Notes under the pieces: generated by a model | What the model saw: the letters and a program-made list of their open reading frames with translations, nothing else | Told to the model about the DNA's origin: nothing | Databases searched by the model: none | Program-made: the position numbers and the translations under genes | Shown here: piece by piece, positions 26,701 through 38,980 of the stretch | Numbering within the stretch: position 1 is the stretch's first letter | Layout: each line of letters opens with the position of its first letter | NCBI GenBank assembly: GCA_965203295.1 | Contig: CBDBCZ010000018.1 | Coordinates: forward strand, 1 to 64,000 | DNA from: Nitrospirales bacterium | GTDB lineage: Bacteria > Nitrospirota > Nitrospiria > Nitrospirales > UBA8639 | Reading direction: 5' to 3' | DNA: 64,000 bases

Positions 26701-27783
26701 CCTTCCTGTGTCCTGCAAGGACATCCAGAAAGCCACCCGACAGGACAAGACCTTAGCAAAAGTGCTCAACTATACCCGAACAGGATGGCTGGACAAAGTA
26801 CCAGATGAGCTCAAACCCTACCAATCGCGTTCCAACGAAATCGGAATTGAAGCCGAATGTCTCATGTGGGGTATACGAGTGATCATCCCCGAGAAACTGC
26901 AAGCCCGAGTCCTGAAATCTCTGCACAAGAACCATTCCGGGATTACCCGAATGAAGGCCATCGCGAGAAGCTACTTTTGGTGGCCTGGACTCGATAAGGC
27001 AATCGAAGACCTCGCCAAATCTTGCACAGCTTGCCAAGCTATTCAAGCCTCACCAGTTGTTGCCCCCCTACACCCGTGGGTATGGCCCGAGACCCCATGG
27101 AAGCGGATCCATGTGGATTTTGCCGGTCCCTTTATGGGCAAAATGTTCTTTATCATCGTCGATGCCCACTCCAAGTGGCCGGAAGTTGTCACCATGTCAG
27201 CTACCACCTCAAAGCACACTTACCACGTGGATGTTGGTAACGGACAGATTCTGAAGCGCCATGTAGACCACCTGACCCTCCGTCAAGAATCGTCAGTAGA
27301 GGATATCACGACTACCGCATCAGACTCAACCATTCAAGACAACTTTCACTATCCGGAATCAGATTCCCCCGCTCCGACACCTCCGGTAAAGAACCCTCAG
27401 GGGCCACGCTACCCCCAGCGTGAACGACGACCTCCTGATCGCCTGATGCAAGTCACCACAGGTTGAATCCCAGTTTCACACTTAGTGGGAGGAAGATGTA
27501 ATATCCTGGACATTCTTCTACTTTACACTGATTCACATCTCTAACTGTTAGTAGTTGTTAATGTAATCAGGACACGCTTTAGATTTATTACTGTATAGTG
27601 CTAATAGTGTTATGACCATTTTTGGTTCCTTATACCTTGCACATTTCCTTTTCCCTTACTGCTATAAAGTGTAGTGCTGTTTAGTATTTGTCAGTTGTTG
27701 TTGTTCTTGTAGTATCAATTGTCTATTTCATGGTCTATTGTCGCACTATCCAGTTTGGCTATCGCATGTGCAGCGATACTATA
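23748..27783 (+). mobile_element. Ty3/Gypsy LTR retrotransposon, integrase-deleted
   Basis: 5-bp TSD AAGCC (23743-23747 and 27784-27788). Near-identical LTRs 23748-24031 and 27497-27783. PBS TGGCGACGAGGAT (tRNA-Ser-like) and PPT AGTGGGAGGAAGA. Confidence 0.97.
24070..27466 (+). CDS. Gag-Pol polyprotein (CCHC knuckles, protease, RT, RNase H, truncated integrase); frameshift near 24150
   Basis: CYRCG/CHQCKKKGH, LDTGA, YIDD, DASAYG, HHCC and HVDFAGP. The sequence then jumps TTSKHT|YHVDVG, losing the rest of the DDE core. Confidence 0.95.
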
Positions 27784-29649
27784 AAGCCCTGCGCATGTCC
27801 GACCACAGCTCAGCGGCTGATGTGCCACGCCGTAGCAAGGCAGCAAAGCGGACGGCTTCCAACGTAAGGAAGGGCCGCACGATCAAGAGCAGCAGCTCGG
27901 ACGATGAGCCATGCGTGGCCCCTCGGAAGGGAACGCCAAAGCGCAAGCTTCCCTCTCCGAGGGAGCCGAACCCACACCCTAGCAGAGCAGGGAAGCCTTC
28001 CAGGGCAAGCATTGCAATCAGCGACTCTGAGGATGAGCCATGCATGGCCCCTCGGCAGAAGGGAGCGCCAAAGCGCCAGCCTCCCTCTCCGAGGAAAGAG
28101 CTTAACCCAAAAAAGAGGGCCACCACGCTTGACTACCCCCGGTTCCCGCAGGAGGAACCAGACCTGGTGGCCTTCCAGGACTACCTTACCAGCCTGGATA
28201 GCGGCAAGAGATCGCCCCAGAAGGCCACAGGAATAGTCTCAGATGTTAGCAAGTTCCTCCACTTTGCCAATCCCGGCACCTGCCAAATGGAGGAGCTGCG
28301 AAATGATGACACCCTGAAGGCGTATATCACGAAGCTGGAGGCGACAGGCATTGGGGCCGACGGTATCACTATGAAGCTCGACCGGTTTTTGATCGGTTTA
28401 AGGTACCTCTCCCACCTCCACCGTAAGGAGTGCCCTGCTTACTTGGAGGGGATTAAAGTCACAGTAACCCAGCTGCAGCAGTGGAAAAAGGTGTTTGCCA
28501 AGGGCAAGCGAGCCCTGGAGGCAGACCGCCTGGCGACATTTGCCAGAAAAGAGCTCAAGGCGTCCGACCTACCAAAGGTCGCCGAAAACTCCAAAGTGGT
28601 CGCCTTCTATTTTAACATTGCCGAGCAGGCCAAACGGGGGCAAGCGATCCACCCCAACGACATCGCGTTGGCCACAGGAGTTGTTGCGGCCATGCTAGTT
28701 TTCAACAACCTGCAGCGTGTGGGTGCCGTTCAGGGCATGAAGGCCGATGAGGTGAAGTGCGCCGACTTCGCAGACTTCGCAGAGAGAGGGGGCCACCAAT
28801 ACTTGACGGTGCACGTGCACGAGCACAAGACTGCCTCGTCTGGTGCAGCACCTGTAGTGGCCAAGGATGGTGATATCACCATCCTACGCCGCTACCAGCA
28901 GTCGATTCGTCCCCTTATCACCTCCAGCAGTGAGGGGTACTTCCTTCTCACCCCAGCGGGAAAGCAACTGCCACACTTAAACGACCTCTTTCAACGCCTG
29001 GGCAAGCGTTTTGGGATCAAGTTCCCAACGGCAACAACTGCCCGCAAGATCGGGGCAACCGAGCATGCCCGGCAGGGATGCTCTTACTCCGAAGCTGCCA
29101 GCCTCAGCCGCCACATGGGCCACTCCCTTGCCACGAGCAAAAAGTATTATCAGGCTACTGTGGCTGCCAGGGACACCATCACTGCCTTTGAGCGTATTGA
29201 CGCTCTAGGCAGGGAGAAGCCCAAGCCAAGTGAGCCGCGAAAGCGCCGCACGTGGTCCAGGCAGAGACCTCACTGATAAGTTCCCACTTCCATGCTGCCA
29301 TCGAGGGAGGCCTGGGCATTTCACTGGACGAGGCCAGGAAGTTCCTCCTGCAGCACCCCATTGAGGGGCGCACGGCAAAGGACGTGTAGGACAAAGTGTC
29401 TACCATCGTGAAGCGGTCCTCAAAGGAGTGATGTGAACGTGCGGCACTTGATTGTATTCATCCTTGAGTTTAGTTGTCTAGTTGATTGAGTTATAGTTTG
29501 TAGTTATTGTAGTCGTAATGTAAACGTGCAGCAGTTGAGTTAACTTTTGTTCAGTTATACTAATTTACTTTGTCATGTTGCTAATTATACTAATCTGTAA
29601 CAAATACGTATTCTAACCTTCATCTTGATTCACGCATCCTCAGTCAGAC

Positions 29650-30050
29650 ACCACCTTCAGGGCTAGTTTGTCACCCACATTCAGGGCTAGTTTGTCACCC
29701 ACCTTCAGGGCTAGTTTGTCACCAACCTTCAGGGCTAGTTTGTCACCTACCTGCTGGGCAAATTAACACAAGCTCAAGGTCACTACAGGGACCAACAGTC
29801 AATAGGGAAATCGTACGATATACATAGTCACCCACCTTTAGGGCTAGTTTGTCACCCACCTTCAGGGCTAGTTTGTCAACCACCTGCTGGGCAAATTAAC
29901 ACAAGCTCAGGGTCACTACAGGGACCAACAGTCAATAGGGAAATCAAACGATATACATAGTTTGTCACCCACCTTCAGGGCTAGTTTGTCACCCACCTTC
30001 AGGGCTAGATTGTCCCCCACCTTCAGGGCTAGTTTGTTACCCACCGGCAG
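29650..30050. repeat. 24-bp minisatellite (cacccaccttcagggctagtttgt) inside a larger tandem repeat
   Basis: More than 10 copies, interspersed with a thrice-repeated gggcaaattaacacaagctca...gtcaataggg block. Confidence 0.85.
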
Positions 30051-30194
30051 GGCAAATTAACACAAGCTCAGGGATACTACAGGGACCCACAGTCAATAGG
30101 GACGTCACATCATACACATCAACTGACAACGGCTTGGCAAGACAAAGACAAGCGGAAAATAAACACAACCACGCACGCGGCACTCCAATTTGCA

Positions 30195-30465
30195 CCGAAG
30201 GACACACAGAGGGACACAAACCAACAACAGTCATCGAGGACATCATACGATCTGTATACACTGGCAAGTGGTTGGCAAAGACATGACAGTGGGAAAACAA
30301 ACAGAAAATCCCGAGGGACACTCCAGTTTGCTCCCAGGGACGCCCACAGGGACACCAAAACCTCCGAGGGACACCAAAAATCCCCAGGGACACCAAAGAG
30401 GGACACCAAAACCCCAAAGGACACCTTTCAGGGACGAAAATCGGCCCGAGGGACACCTTTAGGGA
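30195..30465 (+). repeat. GGGACAC motif cluster at the right end of unit A, inverted relative to the satellite motif
   Basis: About 10 (A)GGGACAC/GGGACG copies. Confidence 0.75.
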
Positions 30466-30479
30466 AGCAAGGTCATAAC

Positions 30480-31320
30480 CCTATCCTTAGCAATCTGGTA
30501 AGTGCCACCACCTAACCCTATTCCAGGGCATGTGGTGGCAACTAACCCTGTTACACGAATATATTCCTTTCTGAATGGTTTCCATCCCTATCCTGTGCAA
30601 TCTGTCAATTGCCACCACCTAACCCTATTCCAGGGCATGTGGTGGCACTAACCCTGTTACACGAAAATATTCCTTTGAATGGTTTCCATCCCTATGCAAT
30701 CTGTCAAGTGCCACCACCTAACCCTATTCCAGGGCATGTGGTGGCACTAAACCTGTTACATGGAAATATTCCTTTCTGAATGGTTTCCATCCCTATCCTA
30801 TGTAATCTGTCAATTGCCACCACCTAACCCTAATCCAGTGCATATGGTGGCACTAACCCTGTTACTGCAAAATACAGTCCTATCTACATTTCTGCATAAT
30901 TCCCATCGTTATCCACGTTCAATTAAATCAATGCCACCACCTACCCCTAGTTGAGGGCAAGTAGTGTAGGTTTATTTGGTGACACACCTGTGGTTGCTAA
31001 CCCTGTTTCTGCACCAATTTGTCCAATCAGAATTTGTGTATGATTCTCGTCCCTATCCCTGTTAAATTTTTTAATGCCACCACTCTAATCCAGGCCACTT
31101 TAGGGTTAGTGGGCAGAACCCATGTGGTGGCAAAAACCCTGTTTCTGCACAGTATTGTCCAATCAGTATTTCTGAATAGTTTCCATCCCATCCCCAATTG
31201 GTTTGTTTCGGTGACACCAACTTATTGATCTAGGGTTCAGTGGTGGCACTAGCTTTTTAAATCACCACATTGCCCTGTGATCATCCTACTCTAGTGCTTA
31301 ACCCCACCCCACTATTTCTT
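30480..31320. repeat. ~100-118-bp tandem array with palindromic arms GTGCCACCAC-N20-GTGGTGGCAC and CTAACCCT motifs
   Basis: Copies near 30502, 30610, 30708, 30814, 30932 and 31076. Confidence 0.85.
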
Positions 31321-31323
31321 TAA

Positions 31324-31979
31324 CCCTTTGAGCGTGGTACTTGATTATTCATAACTTCCGCGTCACGCGGAAGCCAATTTAATTTTTGTCTACGTTGCAT
31401 GTGCTCGCAGTTTTGTAGAGTTGTAGGCTATTTTCCGTGCTGAACGGCAACACTGGAAGCCAGGGAGTGTAAAAATATCGTTGTTTAGTGTGTAGCTGGT
31501 GTACTAAAGTCCCTACTAATGCAGAAGAGCGAATACAAACGGCAGCACTAAAGCTAACCTTGGTAGTCGCCATTTTCGTGTGTCTGTCCCCTCAACTAAA
31601 GTGGTGAGTCGCTTCTGTTACTTCGTGCCGGTTCTGTTACTAAGAGCTGGATCTGTACCTAAGGCCTCGTGCTCTGACTGCAGCCATACTCAGCGTTTTT
31701 GGCTTCAAAAGCCTTGTAGACGCTACCCGCGCCTTTGCCGCGTACTAACTGTGCTACACAACTAAGCGTCAAGTGAACGCTTCGAACGACTTGTGACGGG
31801 GGTGGAGCTTTAGATCGATTGCTACAGACCGTGGGGTTATCCCCCTAAAGTGTCACGCGCGCTATAAAATTGGAAGGGTCTGACCCGTAGCACTTATTAC
31901 GGCGAGCGTATATATACGCTCGCCGCGATACGCGGAAGTAATTTTTGAGCGTATATATACGCTCGCTGCGCTCAAAGGG
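31324..31979. mobile_element. Non-autonomous piggyBac MITE, 656 bp
   Basis: TTAA at 31320-31323 and 31980-31983. TIRs CCCTTTGAGCG / CGCTCAAAGGG. Twin subterminal palindromes GAGCGTATATATACGCTC. Confidence 0.92.
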
Positions 31980-32483
31980 TTAATAATGCCACCCTGTCAG
32001 GTGGCACATTTGGTGACACTTAATCTGAAACTTCATCAACCCCATATGGTCGGAAAGCACTTCATGAGGCAATCGTGAATATGTCACTTTTTTGTTGATA
32101 CAACATTCTTCGGAATTTTTATAGCTACTTTAACACCTTCACTGGACAAAGTGCGTCGACCAAGTGTAAAATTTATGCCATATTGGTATACATTTTGAGG
32201 TGATTGCAAATTTACCATTTGTCGCTGCTCCGCCAGCTACTGTTTTTTCCTGACGTTTGATATGCGTATCTTCATCAACCCCACATGGTCGGAAAGCACT
32301 TCATGAGGCAATCATGAATATGTCACTTTTTTGTTGATACAACATTCTTCGGAATTTTTATGGCTATTTAAACCTTCACTGGACAAAGTGTGTCGACCAA
32401 GTGTAAAATTTATGCCATGTTGGTGTACACATCAAGGCGATCGGAAATATGCCATTTGTTGCCACCCCGTCCTTTTATCAAAA

Positions 32484-32636
32484 CTCCACCCATTTTTCAC
32501 ACCTATGTAAAAATTTGGCAAATAGGTCCTGGGGGTCGTACAAAGGTATTGTGAGAGTATCAGAGTGATCCGACACTTCTTATGCTAGATAGGGCCTATG
32601 GAAGTTTTCAGTAAGTCACAAGATATCACATGATCC
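32484..32636 (+). promoter_or_regulatory. Conserved non-coding block of the YR units, copy B
   Basis: Aligns by eye with 18664-18815 and 57404-57556; lies ~400 bp upstream of the first exons. Confidence 0.7.
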
Positions 32637-33287
32637 TGCACATTTCTGTCAAAAATTTCAGTTGGCAGGTACTGTTTTTTTCCCTGAGTTGTTCGCTGTC
32701 TTATTCTGAAGTGAGAGCTACAGAACAGGAGCAGCCACTAACCCAGCACTACCAAAGTGAGACAATGAGCAACCCACATACCGATATCCTGTGGCAAGCA
32801 GGCTTTTACAGTTGTAAATCCTCCATACTGCCTTCTCTGTGGAAGTAAAAAGCAATTTTTGATACTACTTTTAGAAACACCATTTCCTAGGGACGGATTT
32901 TCTTCAAACTTAATACGAATTGAGATATACCTATACTAATTAATTTTAATTTTAAAAAATTTATATGGCTTCTTTGCAATCACTGTTATGACTGCAAATA
33001 TTATTCATAAATTAGGACTGTATTTATTGCAGGTAGTGAAGTTGGCCAAAAGTGAATTATTTCAGGAAGCATTGATCGCTACACATGTAAGTTGATAAAG
33101 CAATTATTTCACGGAACGAACAAAAGAATGATGCTCTTGTTATATTGTTGTCGCAGGGATTCACCCATTCCCGACCTTAGCTCCGATGAAGAAGTAAGGA
33201 TGTCTCGGAGAATGTGTCAGAAGTAAGTACCACATCTGTTTAATGGGGTATGCATGCGTGAAATGTGGAGCATCACTTGACATTCAG

Positions 33288-33772
33288 GGTTCTCACACCT
33301 TTGGAGATTGCAATCCAGGGACTTATGAGCCATCAAGCACCCCCTGTGGTGATCAAAGAGGCCCCTGGGAAAGGGAGGGGTGTGTTTGCCACAGCCCCAA
33401 TAAGGAAGGGTCAATACGTTATGGAGTACAAGACAGAGAAAATTTACAGAAGAGAGGATAGGGTTGAGCAGGAGAGGCAGTATGCAGAGAATGGAGAAGC
33501 GTGCATGGTATTTGATGTTCAAACAAGTGAGGGGTGGTACACGCTGGATGCCACCAGGCGATTTGACACCGTAGGCAGGTTGATGAACCATGCACCTGCT
33601 CGGGTGGCCACGGTGATTCCCTTTAAGCCTCTGCAAATCAAAGAGAAGCTCAGGCTGGCTTTTCTCGCTGCTCGAGATATTGAAACAGGGGAGGAGCTCA
33701 CATGGGATTACGGTTGCCGCCCTGAGGGGCAAACTTGGCTTATGCGAGTACGCACAAAGCCAGCAACCAAGG
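33288..33772 (+). CDS. SET-domain exon (SETD8/PR-Set7-like lysine methyltransferase) of the unit B gene
   Basis: GKGRGVFAT..IRKGQYVMEY, LDAT, GRLMNHA and ARDIETGEELTWDYG. Flanked by cag| and |gtatgt. Confidence 0.88.
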
Positions 33773-33799
33773 GTATGTATAGGAATGAGCTATTGCTGG

Positions 33800-34860
33800 A
33801 ATTTCTATGAGTATTATATATGGATGCTATGTCTTGCAGTGGAGACTCCCGAGCAAAGCACAGACACAGCCCGAGGTCCCACCATCCCCAGACCATAATG
33901 GTAATCATCTCAAAGCAATTGTAGGTAGGCTAGGTAAAGGGAGGGTGAAAACTGAGCTTAATTCTAGAATAGGCAGCCATATACAACTTTTCTTGAGCTA
34001 AGCTGGTTGAAATAGTGAGTGAAGGACTTTTTATGGGTGTTTTGCATGTATCTTATGTCTTACAGTGGAAACTCTCGAGCAAACCACAAACACACCCCCA
34101 GAGGAGCCACCATCCCCAGACCATAATGGTAATCACCTCAAAGCAATTGTATGCATGCTAGGAAAAAGAAGGGTCAAAACGGAGCTCAATTCTAGAACAG
34201 GCAGCCATATGGAGCTTTGCTTGAGCTAAGCTGGTTGAAATGAGTGAAAAAACTTTTATGGGTGCTTTGCATGTATCTTATGTCTTACAGTGGAAACTCT
34301 CGAGCAAAACACAAACACAGCTCCAGAGGTGCCACCATCCCCAGACCACAATGGTAATGACCTCAAAGCAATTGTAGGCATGCTAGGGAACGGGAGGGAC
34401 ACAGCTGAGCTTAATTCTAGAACAGGCAGCCATATAGAACTTTGCTTTACTTGAGCTAATCTAGTTGAAATGAGTGAGTGAAGGAATGTTTGTGTGCTTT
34501 GCATGTATCTTGTGTCTTACAGTGGAAACTCTCGAGCAAAACACGAACACAGCCCCAGAGGTGCCACCATCCCCAGAGGTGCCACCATCCCCAGACCATA
34601 ATGGTATATAATGACCTCAAAGCAAATGTATGCATGCTAGGGAAAGGGAGGGTCAAAACAGAATAGCTGTTTTTTAATCTAGCAATGGGAATGGACAGCC
34701 ATACAAAACTTCGCTTGAGCTATGCTAGTTGAAGTGAGCGAGTGAAGGAATTTTTATTGGCACTTTGCATGCATGTATGTCTTACAGCGGAGACTCCCAA
34801 GCAAGATACAGCCACTGCCCCAGAGCTTGCACCATCCTTGGACCATAATGGTAAATGATC
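33800..34860 (+). repeat. Tandemly amplified ~225-bp exon+intron unit, about 5 copies (exon about VETLEQTTNTPPEEPPSPDHN)
   Basis: Repeated ttacag|tggaaactc...cataatg|gta. Confidence 0.8.
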
Positions 34861-35112
34861 TGTCAGCAGTAGCTAGAAAAAGAGAGAGTCAAAGCAAAAC
34901 TACTGGTCTTAAATACAATTAGACACAGCATCGATAGACATATAGAACTTTCTTGGAGCTTTGGTGGTTTGAATATATTGCTTCCAAACATTTCAGAAAA
35001 TGAGAGTGAGGAAAAAACAACGGAGAAGTCAGAAGGTACACTACAGATGCTAACCATCAGAATTGCATTTCTGTTGAAGTATTAACTCACTATCCTTTCC
35101 TCGAATGGCCAG

Positions 35113-35213
35113 ATATTCCCAATGGTACATGCCCAATTTGTCAGCGAGAGGACATCCCGTTGGCTGTTTTGAAGAGCCACACGCAGTTCTGTGCAGATAA
35201 TGAGCTACAACAG
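35113..35213 (+). CDS. Small exon encoding a UBZ4/Rad18-type zinc finger (unit B gene)
   Basis: ccag|...CPICQREDIPLAVLKSHTQFC...cag|gt (C-x2-C-x12-H-x3-C). Confidence 0.6.
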
Positions 35214-36590
35214 GTGTGAAATTCCCTTGTTGGAACATGTACACATTTAACAAGCGATATCCCTGCAGAGGGAATCCTACTGGATGAATCTGTCGAGGAC
35301 ACTGAAGATCCTCCCATCTATCTTACTACTGAAGGTAAAATAATTTAAGCAGGGAAAGTGTATGCATCTTGCACTTATTATACAATAAAGCGTAATAACT
35401 CATATAACCCTGACCCTAGCCTACTCTTCTGTATGCCCCTACAGTTGTGAAGGTACATCTGAGTGAAGATGAGTTTGCCATCGAAGACATTACAGGAGCC
35501 ACTCCAGGAGACGGTGATGATAAAATATGTTGACTGCACAGAAAAACTATCGTGGCTAGCATACCTGCTTGCAGTCATGATATAATGCTCAGTGCAAAGA
35601 AAGCAGACTAAGGAGTACTAGCACAATTGTTCAGTTGTAAGTGGTGACTTAACCCTAACCTAATCTATTCTTGTTTGCCACCAGTAGATGCAATGGCACA
35701 TGTCAATACACATGTCAATACAGAGGATGTCATAGACCTAGATGATCTCTCCCAGAATAGGTCTACAGAAGAGGACATTCATTGTAGACCTCACATTGCA
35801 CATGAGGGTAAAATGTAGACCAACTAGACCAAGGAATACATTCAGTACAAGCATGCAATTGAATGGGGAAGTACCAAACAACTTCACAAGCTTCAATTAC
35901 TTACGCTTCTATATGCACCTGCAGTTGAGAGAGTACATCTTGATAGTGAAGATATCGAGTACATAGACGTCACCACAGAGCAGGTAAATGTATTACCACG
36001 TTTGCTAATCTGCAAGAAGTGTGCTAGTAGTTTCAGAATAGGTGTAGTACTGGTACTAGACATATTAACTTCACAACTATCTCACTAGGGAGCAGACACA
36101 TCAACTGGAGTCGCAAGTGCAAGCTGTGAGATCAGCTACCAGGGCCCTATGGGAACAGACACGGACTCCGATGTCCCATTGGTGCTACGGAGGACCCAAA
36201 GAAAGAGAACCCTTTCTCACGACTCAGACACATCTAGTGACGGTCATAAGGGTAAGAAGCGGCTACACTCCCACACCTCAGGCAAGGGGGATCCACTGGA
36301 GGGTAAGATATCTTGAAGGTAGACAAACCCGACAAAAGTACATGAGCATGCAATTGAATGAAGAAAGTGCCCAAGCAATGACAAGGTCCAGTCACTTACC
36401 TTCTATATCCACCTGCAGTTGAGAGCGTACATCTCGATAGTGAGGACATCGAAGCTAATTTGGATGTGGTCACAGAGCAGGTAAAGATATTACTACTCCT
36501 TTAATGATTGCTAAGCAGCACGGAGTGTGCAGTATCTCTTAGCACTGAATCTTGACTTATTGTGTAGCTTTTTCACAACCATCTCAATAG

Positions 36591-38486
36591 GAAGCAGAAA
36601 CGTCGACTGGGGTCACATGTGCCGGCTATAAGATCGGCTACCGGGGCCCTATGGGGACAGACTCCGACTCTGATGTCCCATTGGTGCCACGAAGTCCCCA
36701 AGAAAAACCCTTGCTCACGACACAGACACCTCCAGTGACGGTCCTAAGGGCAAGGGCCGGCTACACTCCCACACCTCAGGCAAGCGCTTTCGCAGGCATG
36801 CACGGAAGAGTAGGGTAGGGAAAAGTAGCAGTTCAGAAGATGAGCCCAACCCAAAACCAAGGCCCAGAAAGAATTGCAAGAAGGACCGCCACTTAATCAA
36901 GTGGTGCCCTGTGGCTGGCTGCAGAGCCCATCCACAGCAAAGGCTGTCAACCCACATCAAAAACATGCACCCGCACATCTCTAAAACAGCAAGGAGAGAC
37001 ATGTGCGAGTCGGCCACGCCGATCAGAAGGAAGCGCACACCACCAGTTCGCCCAAAGGACACCCCCTCAATTGTTTCCCTCTTCAGCAAGGCAAGGCATG
37101 AGCAAGCACAACAACCTGCAGTAGCTGAAGTGGTTGTGCAGCACAGCAGCACCCGGCAGTTTGCAACCTTTCCATCTACCCATCCGCAGCTTGAGAAGTT
37201 CAGAGTGTTCCTGAGAGAGCTGGATGGAGGGCGCAAGAAGGGGAGTGAGGTCCAGCAAATAACTGTAGACCTCAACAAAGTTCGCTTCTGCAGGCCGAAG
37301 GGCAAAGCACCTATCTGGTCCGATCTCCTCAATCAGGTGAAGGTCCGTCGCTACCTCGATCTTCTTGAAGACACAGGCGCATGTGGCCTTTCCGGGCAGC
37401 TCACAAAGCTGGGCCGGTTAGTGCACGGCCTGCGATTTCTCCGGCTGCGGGTTGCCGGCGATGATGCAATGCTAACGCATCGCTGCAACCAAATGGAGGA
37501 GCGGATCAAGGCATGGAAGGCCACCATTCGACCTTAGAGAAAGCTTCAGCAGCAGATGAAAGGCATGAGTGAAGATGATTCCTTGTCTCTGCACGATGCG
37601 ACGGCGGTGCTGAGATGCAAGGACGTATGGTCCGACGTTCGTTCGGCTCTCAGCAGGGCTGCCACAGGAGACAGGCCAACATTGAATGAATGCAGGCTGG
37701 TAATGGCTGCTGTAACCACAAGGGTTGCCTTCCGCTCCTGGCAGCAACCAGGAGCAGTGACAGGTGCTACGGTGGGCGAGTTCAATGACGCGGTGAAGGA
37801 GACGGGCAAATTGGAGGAAGCCTGTTACGTGATGTTGGTGGCACGCCACAAGACGGCCCCGGCAGGGCCCTGCTTCAGTAACACTGACCAAAGAGGATCA
37901 CTTCCTTGTTCGAGAGTACGTGAGGCACATACGCCCACATTGTGACCCCGTTGGCGACAGTTTGTTTGTGGGGGTGAAAGGCAAGCCCATCAGCCAGCTC
38001 AACCAGTCCACCCAGTGGCTGGGAGAGAAGTACAAGGTGGTGACTCCCACATGCACCCAGCTACGCAAAGTGGGAGCAACAGAAGCGGGACTGCGGTGCA
38101 GTGAGTCTACCCGACACCTCATCACCTCACAGATGGCGCACTCTGCGGTGGTGCACACCAAGCACTACGAGAAGATCAGGGGAAGCAGAGAAGCCGCCAA
38201 GGCCCATGCAGAGAGGGAAAGGTTGGCTGCTACCGCAGACAAAGGCAGCGAGTCTGTTTCTGAGGATGATAATGCTGGGCCAGAGCCCTCTAAGCAGCAG
38301 AAAGTTGCCAAGATTCCGTACTCCGAACAGGAGGTGGCCTTCATAGAGGCGTATTTCAGTGACCACATTGAAAAAGGCCGTCCTGCGAAGCCAAACGAGG
38401 CGAGGGCCTTCTTAAAGCTGCATTCCATGGAAAGGAGCTTTAAGCAAATACAGGACAAGGTCCGCCACATAATATCACAGCGTTAG
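36591..38486 (+). pseudogene. Unit B terminal exon: C2H2-like finger, tyrosine recombinase and Myb-like tail; inactivated
   Basis: CPVAGC...LSTHIKNMH, FLRELDGGRK, SWQQPGAV (catalytic R replaced by Q), RHKT, QLRK, MAHS, KHY, and YSEQEV...RSFKQIQDKVR. Stop at 37535 and frameshift near 37870. Confidence 0.85.
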
Positions 38487-38980
38487 CCTCATGACCAACC
38501 TTTCACCTTGCACCCTTCACATCACAAATCGGTAACTCCTTTATATCACTTTTCAGCATATCTCCATTTCATTATACAACTCTTGACCAACCTCTGATGC
38601 TTCTTCAAATCACCAATCGGTAACTCTTTCATATCACTTCAGCATATCTTCACTTCATTATATAACGCTTTTCGCCTATTTCACTATACCTTTATGTAAC
38701 TCAACTGATCTTGATTCATTATCAAAACAGATTTTCATCTCATCCCAACGCTAAGCCTGGTGGCCAGTGGCATAAAGAAAAGCGGCATCAATACCGATTC
38801 CACGAAACTCCCGGGTGGCAGATGGCACAAAAGAAATGTGGCATCTACATCGATTCCAAAGTCAAATGAAATCCCCAAAAATTCCCCAAGTGACACATTC
38901 GGTGGCACAGGCCTCCGAAAAGCGGCATTTTCGGACTTTTTGTGGCATACGTCCGCCACCAACCAGGGCCCTAACCTTAT

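Larger units (their letters stand above)
22933..29431 (+). pseudogene. Unit A gene: C2H2-like finger, PIP-box, tyrosine recombinase and Myb-like tail; interrupted by a Gypsy element
   Basis: CPIGGC...LSQHIKDIH and QKTMLAFF. The frame is restored across the LTR element (SSEEA|LRMSD). YR motifs NLQR, HEHKT, TARK, HMGHS and KKYY. A frameshift near 29265 and a TAG near 29387 damage the tail (RRTWS...RTAKDV*DKV). Confidence 0.85.
5819..30478 (+). mobile_element. YR unit A: large tyrosine-recombinase (Crypton-like) element carrying four nested insertions; boundaries approximate
   Basis: After removing the TSD-bounded insertions it reads: GTGTCCC satellite, conserved block (18.7 kb), spliced ZnF-YR gene, 24-bp repeats, inverted GGGACAC cluster. 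Units B and D follow the same order. Confidence 0.55.
30479..38970 (+). mobile_element. YR unit B: SET- and YR-encoding element; boundaries approximate
   Basis: TGCCAC-motif array, conserved block (32.5 kb), spliced SET/UBZ/ZnF/YR gene, then a GTGGCA cluster at 38760-38960 that abuts CCCTAA repeats. Confidence 0.6.

Noticed and set aside
27738..29276. YR as part of a DIRS/Ngaro retrotransposon, or as a bacterial/phage integrase contaminant
   Set aside because: The adjacent RT belongs to a TSD-bounded Gypsy insertion, and the YR genes have spliceosomal introns and eukaryotic domains. The ORF's first residues (MSHYPVW...) are LTR sequence.
33265..33810. Host SETD8/KMT5A orthologue
   Set aside because: It sits within a repeat unit and splices toward a YR exon, so no gene symbol was assigned.
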